A stretch of 48,127 nucleotides of DNA from a virus (lineage: Duplodnaviria; Caudoviricetes): the IMG/VR virus record IMGVR_UViG_3300022177_000081, positions 1-48,127 of that record; one strand, 5' to 3'. Positions 42,836-48,127 of the stretch are shown one piece after another. The notes under the pieces are model-generated. The model saw only the letters and a program-made list of their open reading frames with translations, did no database searches and had not been told where the DNA came from. The position numbers were made by a program, and so were the translations under genes. Within the stretch, counting starts at the first letter, position 1. The number at the start of each line of letters is the position of its first letter.

Positions 42836-44251
42836 ATGCTAGACCTGGAAAAATATACGTGGGTGGATGGCAAGACACCACTTTCGGCGGCCGAGCTGAA
42901 TGCACGCTTCTTGGCTCTCGTCCGCCGTCTGCATGAGCTTGAGACCTTGTCCACCAGTTGGCAGGAGGACATGGCGGCAGAGCGACAGCAGAGGGCAGCC
43001 CTGATGGATGACGCACTCATGACGGCCGCTGAGAACGCTGCCATGGCATCCTCCGCCGCGACCGCCGCGACCACGAAAGCGTCCACCGCTACCACGAAGG
43101 CCACGGAAGCCGCCGCAAGCGCTGCCATGGCATCCTCCGCCGCCTCCACCGCTACCACGAAGGCGGCCACCGCTACCACGAAGGCCACGGAAGCCGCCGC
43201 GAGCGCGACCACGGCGGCCACAGCACACACGGCCGCCCAGACGGCCGCCGCAAGTGCCGCAGCATCAGCTGTGGCTGTGGCAGATTTTATCGGTGCCATC
43301 AACGATTTGGAATTGCCAACGATCCCGCCAGTGTTGTCTTTCCCGTTCGATCTGCTGGTGCGGCGGCTGCCCAGCTCTATCATGTTTTCTCGGGCCTCCA
43401 GTGCCTGGAGTTTGTCTGCGGCGGGGGCGCTTGTCGAGGCCGCCGCAGGTGTGCCGCGTTTTGATTACGATGCCAACGACGGCTCGCTCCGGGGGATACT
43501 GACCGAGCGGACGACGGTCCGCCTCAATACCGTCGCCGCCGCGCCCACGGCGGCCCAAAACGTCACGGTCACGGCCCAGGCTTATACGGTGTCGTTTTTC
43601 GGGACCGGCTCCATAGTGCTGTCCGGGGCCCACGCTGCGACGGTGGGCGGCGTGGGGCCCCTTCCGGCCCGGGCGAGCTACACATTCACGCCCACAGTTG
43701 GGACGTTGACCCTGACGCCATCCGGCGACGTGCGGCACCTGCAGGTGGAGGCCGGGGCATTCGCCACGTCCCCGATCTTGGGCGAGGGGTCCCAGGTGGC
43801 CCGGGCGGCGGATGTGTGCAACGTGCCTGTCTCCGCTATTGATTTCAATGTTGGCGAGGGGACGGTTTTTGTTGAGGCCATTACCGGTGGCGGTCCCCAT
43901 ACGAGCTACGAATACCTTGTCCGCATCGACGATGGTGGAAACAGTAATCAAATCAGGATAATGAGATATTTGGGAGCATTATCAGCCAGGGTCGAATACA
44001 ATGGTACAAATCAGTGCATCCTAAACCTAGGCAACGTTGATAACAACACGTTAATAAGAATAGCGTTTTCATGGCGGTTAAACAATTTCAAGGCGGTTTT
44101 GAACGGCGGAGAGCCTGTATTGTCAACAAATGGAAATATTCCATTGACAACAATGATGAAAATCGGTCTGAATTTTAATGGGGCGATACGACAAGTTAAT
44201 TATTTTGCGTGTGCCATAGCGGATAAACAACTGAAGGCCATGACCGTGTAA
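42836..44251 (+). CDS. Tail fibre with Ala/Thr/Ser repeat stalk and lectin-like C-terminal domain
   Basis: Stf-like repeats; FSRASSA, PRFDY, QVEAGAFATSPI and RAAD motifs; AT-rich 3' end. Confidence 0.8.
   Translation: MLDLEKYTWVDGKTPLSAAELNARFLALVRRLHELETLSTSWQEDMAAERQQRAALMDDALMTAAENAAMASSAATAATTKASTATTKATEAAASAAMASSAASTATTKAATATTKATEAAASATTAATAHTAAQTAAASAAASAVAVADFIGAINDLELPTIPPVLSFPFDLLVRRLPSSIMFSRASSAWSLSAAGALVEAAAGVPRFDYDANDGSLRGILTERTTVRLNTVAAAPTAAQNVTVTAQAYTVSFFGTGSIVLSGAHAATVGGVGPLPARASYTFTPTVGTLTLTPSGDVRHLQVEAGAFATSPILGEGSQVARAADVCNVPVSAIDFNVGEGTVFVEAITGGGPHTSYEYLVRIDDGGNSNQIRIMRYLGALSARVEYNGTNQCILNLGNVDNNTLIRIAFSWRLNNFKAVLNGGEPVLSTNGNIPLTTMMKIGLNFNGAIRQVNYFACAIADKQLKAMTV
43037..43204 (+). 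repeat. Two tandem 84-bp (28 aa) direct repeats with internal 21-bp subrepeats
   Basis: GCTGCCATGGCATCCTCCGCCGC.. starts at 43037 and 43121; CCACCGCTACCACGAAGGC recurs. Confidence 0.9.
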
Positions 44252-44260
44252 GGAGAGATC

Positions 44261-44518
44261 ATGATCGATCTGTATCTGCATGCGCCGACAAAAGAGGCCC
44301 TGTCGTCCGCCCTGGCACCGTTGGGCCTGGATGTGGACGGTGATCTGATGGTTAGCCATCGGCATTCGCTGGTGGTGATCAGTGAGAGCGACATCGATGG
44401 GATCGTCGTGGCGATCCGCTGTCTGGACAACTCCCTGGCTGCGGAAATTCGTGGTGTCGGCGTATCCGAGGTCGAGCGCCCGGCAGCATTTTTCTGGGCG
44501 GGGGGTGGGCATGCGTAA
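44261..44518 (+). CDS. Small fibre-associated protein
   Basis: AGGAG RBS; MIDLYL N-terminus; between the two RBPs. Confidence 0.7.
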   Translation: MIDLYLHAPTKEALSSALAPLGLDVDGDLMVSHRHSLVVISESDIDGIVVAIRCLDNSLAAEIRGVGVSEVERPAAFFWAGGGHA

Positions 44519-47033
44519 AGCGCGCGAGTGGTTCCGTCGTGAATTACGATTGGCGTGGCCAGGGATAGACCCTGGGTCAACATCTGACACAGTGCAAACA
44601 ACGTTTGTGCAGCTCGCTGACACGCATGTGCCTGTCAACGCGCAAACATTATACGTGACTGGATACGCCTCCCCAGGAGACGGCGGCGGGGCTCGGTGGC
44701 GCCGTGTCGGCCTCGAGCCGGACCACGAAGGCAAAGTGCAGTCTGCAGACGGCGCGTGGTGGTGCTATGACGAGCCAGTCGTCTATGTTGCGGCGTTTGG
44801 AGTGATGCACAATAACCGGGCCAATGCGGCCGCGAATACCCTTGCGCTCCAAAGAGCCGTCGACTACGGCGGTCAACAGAACGTTCCCGTTGATCTCGGT
44901 TCCAGGTCCATCTTCATCGACGCGACATTGCACATCAAGTACCCCGCCACCGTGTACGGACAGGGGAACGCCCTGTGGCGATGGTTGAACAACGGCGCAA
45001 ACGAGGTGGCCCCGACGCAGATTGTTTTGATCGGCACAGGCCCAAAGACGTGGCGTGTGGAGGGCGTTTCGTCTATGCGCGGGTCGGGCGCGGTCTGGCC
45101 AAACCCGAGCAGCTGTCCGGCGACGGTGAATGACGCCGAATACAGCATGCAGACCCTAACCGACAGCAACGGCGTAGCCATCAGCCTGTCTGTCGGGATC
45201 CTGGTGTCCGGCCTGAACGCCTCGTTCGCCAATTTGACCGGATTTCGTGTTTTGCCGGACGGCGGTGGAGACGACGGCCTAGGATTGTATAATGACTATG
45301 CCAACGCCGACGAAAGCACACCGTGGGCCGCAAATTGGGATTATGGTATCGTTGTCGGTGGAGGCGTAAACGTCTCTGTACAGGACGTGCAATGTGTAGG
45401 CCATTTTCGCCGCAGTGGTATGATGATATGCACTATCGATTCTCCAGTGTATAGCAGCTTTATTAACCCCTTTCACCTGCATATTGAAGGGTGCAAATTT
45501 GAAGGATGGCGGGCGTTGGCTATGCGCGGGGCTGACAGTTACCGCATAACCGAAACAGACGGCGCGTCATATGTAAAAATTCCATATTCGGCCGACAATC
45601 CATTCCGCAGCTTGCGATCTGTACGATTCCTGACATCTGCATTCAGTGGGCCGCAGGGGACGTTTTCAGATGCGAGCGTGACGAATAGCGGGACGATGCT
45701 CCGGTTGTCCGGGTTTGACGAGGGTATCCCCGCAGGGGTAGCCGTCGGAGGATATATAAAGCCACCAGCCAGTGGTGGAGGCAGCAGCCACGTTGTTATT
45801 CGAGACACAGAGTTGCATCCAATACGGCACACGTCTGGCAGGCTGTGCAACGATGTAATGTTAGGTGATAAGGCGTTTCCGTCTCCAGCAGCTCTATTTG
45901 AATGTAGTGGGCAAGCATTTGTCGAGATCATGCTTGAAAATGTAAAATTTTTTACTGCTGACGAAGTTTTTTTCCATTTACATGAAGTTAGGACAATCGC
46001 ATTCAATAAGTGCTGGTTCGAAGTAACAACATCAAAAACATGGCCCAGCGGCCATCAACTGGCCAGATGCATAGCCGCGCCAACGGTCAATACGAATCCT
46101 AATGTGCCAAATGGTTTTGCATCAGGATATACGAACAACGTTGTGATAGACACCATGAATTTCCAGTATCTGGGCACCATGGATATGCGCCCGTATTATC
46201 CACTGTTGTCAACTGCACCATTTGACAATGCATTAGATACTGGAATGTTCCGTCCGGGGTTTGGCAGTTGCAGGACGTACCACGCTGATCATAACGCCGT
46301 ATGGGGCGCAGTCCTGCGCGCGCCGGTAGGTGGCAGGGCGGCGATCTGCGGTGGGACAGGGCACGACCCAACGTCTGGGAATTACGCTGCAAAACTGTGG
46401 TACAACGATGGGCCGCTAGGGGACAACCTCCAGCACAGCGTTGATCTAGCGCCAAGTCTGCATAACTCAAAAAATCTTGGGTCGATCCTGGCACAATATG
46501 CCACCGTGCATGCCGGTGTCGTGAATTCAAATACGCTGAACAGGCTGTATTTAGCTGCCAACGGTATATCTCTGTGGCAGGCATATACCGGCAGTTTTTC
46601 ACCCACGGACGACGGGGTGAAGAGCGTCGGATCATCCAGCTTGAGGATATCCGCGTTGTACGCCGCATCAGGAACAATTATTACATCTGACGAAAAAGAA
46701 AAACAGGATATTTCGTCGTTGGATGAAACGGAACGGCTGGTCGCACAAGACATAAAAGCACTCATGAAAACGTTTAAATTTCGCGACGCTGTCAGCAAGA
46801 AGGGGGATGGTGCGCGTATACATGTTGGGGTGATTGCGCAAGATGTTGCGGCCGCGTTTATTGCTCGTGGGTTGGATCCTCGTCGGTATGCTCTGTTTTG
46901 TCACGACGAGTGGGAGTCGGATGATGCGGTAACTGATGAGCAGGGCAACGTTATCCAACCTGCGTGTCCGGCCGGAGCACGCTACGGCATCCGATATGAC
47001 GAGTTATTATCTTTTGTTGTTTCGGCGCTATAG
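44511..47033 (+). CDS. Tailspike / depolymerase-like RBP with C-terminal S74 intramolecular chaperone
   Basis: GYASPGDGGG, AFGV....NTLALQRAVD (beta-helix entry), TSDEKEKQDI, HVGVIAQ, YGIRYDEL. Confidence 0.85.
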   Translation: MRKAREWFRRELRLAWPGIDPGSTSDTVQTTFVQLADTHVPVNAQTLYVTGYASPGDGGGARWRRVGLEPDHEGKVQSADGAWWCYDEPVVYVAAFGVMHNNRANAAANTLALQRAVDYGGQQNVPVDLGSRSIFIDATLHIKYPATVYGQGNALWRWLNNGANEVAPTQIVLIGTGPKTWRVEGVSSMRGSGAVWPNPSSCPATVNDAEYSMQTLTDSNGVAISLSVGILVSGLNASFANLTGFRVLPDGGGDDGLGLYNDYANADESTPWAANWDYGIVVGGGVNVSVQDVQCVGHFRRSGMMICTIDSPVYSSFINPFHLHIEGCKFEGWRALAMRGADSYRITETDGASYVKIPYSADNPFRSLRSVRFLTSAFSGPQGTFSDASVTNSGTMLRLSGFDEGIPAGVAVGGYIKPPASGGGSSHVVIRDTELHPIRHTSGRLCNDVMLGDKAFPSPAALFECSGQAFVEIMLENVKFFTADEVFFHLHEVRTIAFNKCWFEVTTSKTWPSGHQLARCIAAPTVNTNPNVPNGFASGYTNNVVIDTMNFQYLGTMDMRPYYPLLSTAPFDNALDTGMFRPGFGSCRTYHADHNAVWGAVLRAPVGGRAAICGGTGHDPTSGNYAAKLWYNDGPLGDNLQHSVDLAPSLHNSKNLGSILAQYATVHAGVVNSNTLNRLYLAANGISLWQAYTGSFSPTDDGVKSVGSSSLRISALYAASGTIITSDEKEKQDISSLDETERLVAQDIKALMKTFKFRDAVSKKGDGARIHVGVIAQDVAAAFIARGLDPRRYALFCHDEWESDDAVTDEQGNVIQPACPAGARYGIRYDELLSFVVSAL

Positions 47034-47056
47034 GGTGTGGCGACGCGGTTTATAGC

Positions 47057-47163
47057 GGAGCAGGCGGGGCGGATTGCGGCCGCCCCACTGGCCCGGTGCT
47101 GGAACACCGGTCCACGGCCGTAGCCGCTGCTCCCTCCCCTGGTGGACCATGGGTGCGAGGGAG
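47057..47163 (+). ncRNA. Putative structured cis-regulatory leader upstream of com
   Basis: 7-bp closing stem enclosing three hairpins, plus a competing downstream stem; folded by eye. Confidence 0.45.
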
Positions 47164-47199
47164 GTAGCAGGCACAGGCGGAACTGTAAAGAAGCGGAGC

Positions 47200-47373
47200 A
47201 TGCAGGAGATCAGGTGCGGGAATTGTAATCGTTTGCTGGCAAAAGGGGAGGCCCTGAACCTCTCCATCAAATGTCCCAAATGCGGGACGCTGAATCACGT
47301 GAGGGCCGCGAGCCCCAAGCGAGAGGGCCGGAGAGCTCCAGGCAAGGAGCTCTCGCATGAAGACCATTTTTGA
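47200..47373 (+). CDS. com: Mu Com-family zinc-finger translational regulator
   Basis: MQEIRCGNCNRLLAK....IKCPKCGTLN; GGAG RBS; overlaps the MTase start. Confidence 0.9.
   Translation: MQEIRCGNCNRLLAKGEALNLSIKCPKCGTLNHVRAASPKREGRRAPGKELSHEDHF
47331..47354 (+). promoter_or_regulatory. Hairpin sequestering the MTase Shine-Dalgarno
   Basis: GAGAGCTCC-AGGCAA-GGAGCTCTC perfect 9-bp stem covering GGAG, ending 2 nt before ATG 47357. Confidence 0.75.
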
Positions 47374-48127
47374 TCACGGGGAATTGCACCACGGTGATTC
47401 ATTGACCGTGCTGCGAGGCCTGGCCGACGTATCATTCGACGCCATTCTGACCGATCCTCCTTATTCCAGCGGCGGCCTGCATGCCGGAGCGCGCCGAGCC
47501 GACCCTGCCAACAAGTATCAAAACACCGGGACGAAGAAGACATATCCGGCCATGCTGGGAGACCATAAAGACCAGCGGTCGTTTATTATGTGGGCCACAT
47601 TGTGGCTTTCGGAATGCTGGCGGCTGGTTCCTCCGGGCGCCCCCGTGCTGGTGTTCAGCGACTGGCGGCAACTGCCTGCCATGACCGATGCGATCCAGGC
47701 CGCCGGATTCGAATGGCGGGGGGTAGTGGTCTGGCACAAGCCGTCCGCCCGGCCGATGCTCGGATCCTTCCGGCGCGATGCCGAATTTGTCGTGTATGCC
47801 GCCAAGCCGCCGGCGAAAACATTTTCGCGCCGTTGCCTGCCCGGGGTGTTCACCCACCGTGTGGTCGCATCGGAAAAGGTGCACCTGACCAGCAAGCCGG
47901 TGGAGTTGCTGGTCGAGCTTCTCGGGGTGACGCCCGATGGAGGGTGCATCCTGGATCCGTTCATCGGGGGCGGGGCTGTCCCTCTGGCCTGCCTGGAAAC
48001 CGGCCGCCGGTTTTTCGGCGTGGAACTGTCGGCGGAGTATTATGCCCTGGCCGGGCAGCGGATCCGGGAACGGGAGCAGGCCAGGGGATTGCTGACGGTT
48101 CAGATGGCGATGGACAATCAGGAGTAA
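47357..48127 (+). CDS. DNA N6-adenine/N4-cytosine methyltransferase (beta class)
   Basis: TDPPYSSGG, H.TSKP and LDPFIGGG, in beta-class motif order. Confidence 0.93.
   Translation: MKTIFDHGELHHGDSLTVLRGLADVSFDAILTDPPYSSGGLHAGARRADPANKYQNTGTKKTYPAMLGDHKDQRSFIMWATLWLSECWRLVPPGAPVLVFSDWRQLPAMTDAIQAAGFEWRGVVVWHKPSARPMLGSFRRDAEFVVYAAKPPAKTFSRRCLPGVFTHRVVASEKVHLTSKPVELLVELLGVTPDGGCILDPFIGGGAVPLACLETGRRFFGVELSAEYYALAGQRIREREQARGLLTVQMAMDNQE

Larger units (their letters stand above)
1..48127. mobile_element. Temperate prophage with lambda-like head and P2-like contractile tail, apparently complete except for att sites
   Basis: Continuous phage gene order: integrase, early genes, repressor switch, replication, packaging, head, lysis, tail, fibres, com-MTase. 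No host housekeeping genes seen. Confidence 0.97.

Noticed and set aside
43037-43204. CRISPR-like repeat array
   Set aside because: In-frame coding tandem repeats without unique spacers; no cas genes.
43830-44251. Diversity-generating retroelement variable region in the fibre tip (many AAY codons)
   Set aside because: No reverse transcriptase and no second near-identical template repeat seen.
42836-47033. Invertible tail-fibre cassette
   Set aside because: No invertase, no inverted fibre copy and no flanking crossover sites recognised.
47057-47133. tRNA gene
   Set aside because: Cloverleaf-like but arm lengths are wrong, with no TTCRA loop, D-loop consensus or CCA; kept only as a putative regulatory RNA.
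1-48127. attL/attR and cos sites
   Set aside because: The window is cut at the first and last CDS, so att repeats are not visible; no cos sequence could be recognised with confidence.

Overview
The window is one essentially complete temperate prophage of about 48 kb and high GC, running from the integrase start codon to the stop codon of a terminal DNA methyltransferase. The att sites lie outside the window. Order: P4-type tyrosine integrase with a convergent excisionase; a leftward early operon rich in DNA-modification and recombination genes (ASCH-like, Gp37/Gp68, PAPS-reductase-like, C5-MTase, RdgC-FtsK-gamma fusion); a CI/Cro/CII-like switch; a D5/P4 helicase, candidate ori and CHC2 primase; a lambda-like head module; an unusual lysis cassette (two-domain endolysin, exported nuclease-fold protein, membrane protein, lipoprotein, patatin phospholipase, holin); a P2-like contractile tail with a -1 frameshift chaperone; two receptor-binding proteins; and a Mu-like com plus methyltransferase cassette. 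A Desulfovibrio-like host is only an inference from composition and protein style. The most striking unexplained structure is non-coding. Two lower-GC cargo genes in the late region are each enclosed by long-range imperfect inverted repeats; one pair is G-U rich and buries the cargo RBS and start codon, and the other follows a boxA-like motif. The com-MTase cassette carries a cloverleaf leader and an SD-sequestering hairpin. All protein calls come from motif recognition by eye and all RNA pairings were aligned by hand; no searches or folding programs were run.
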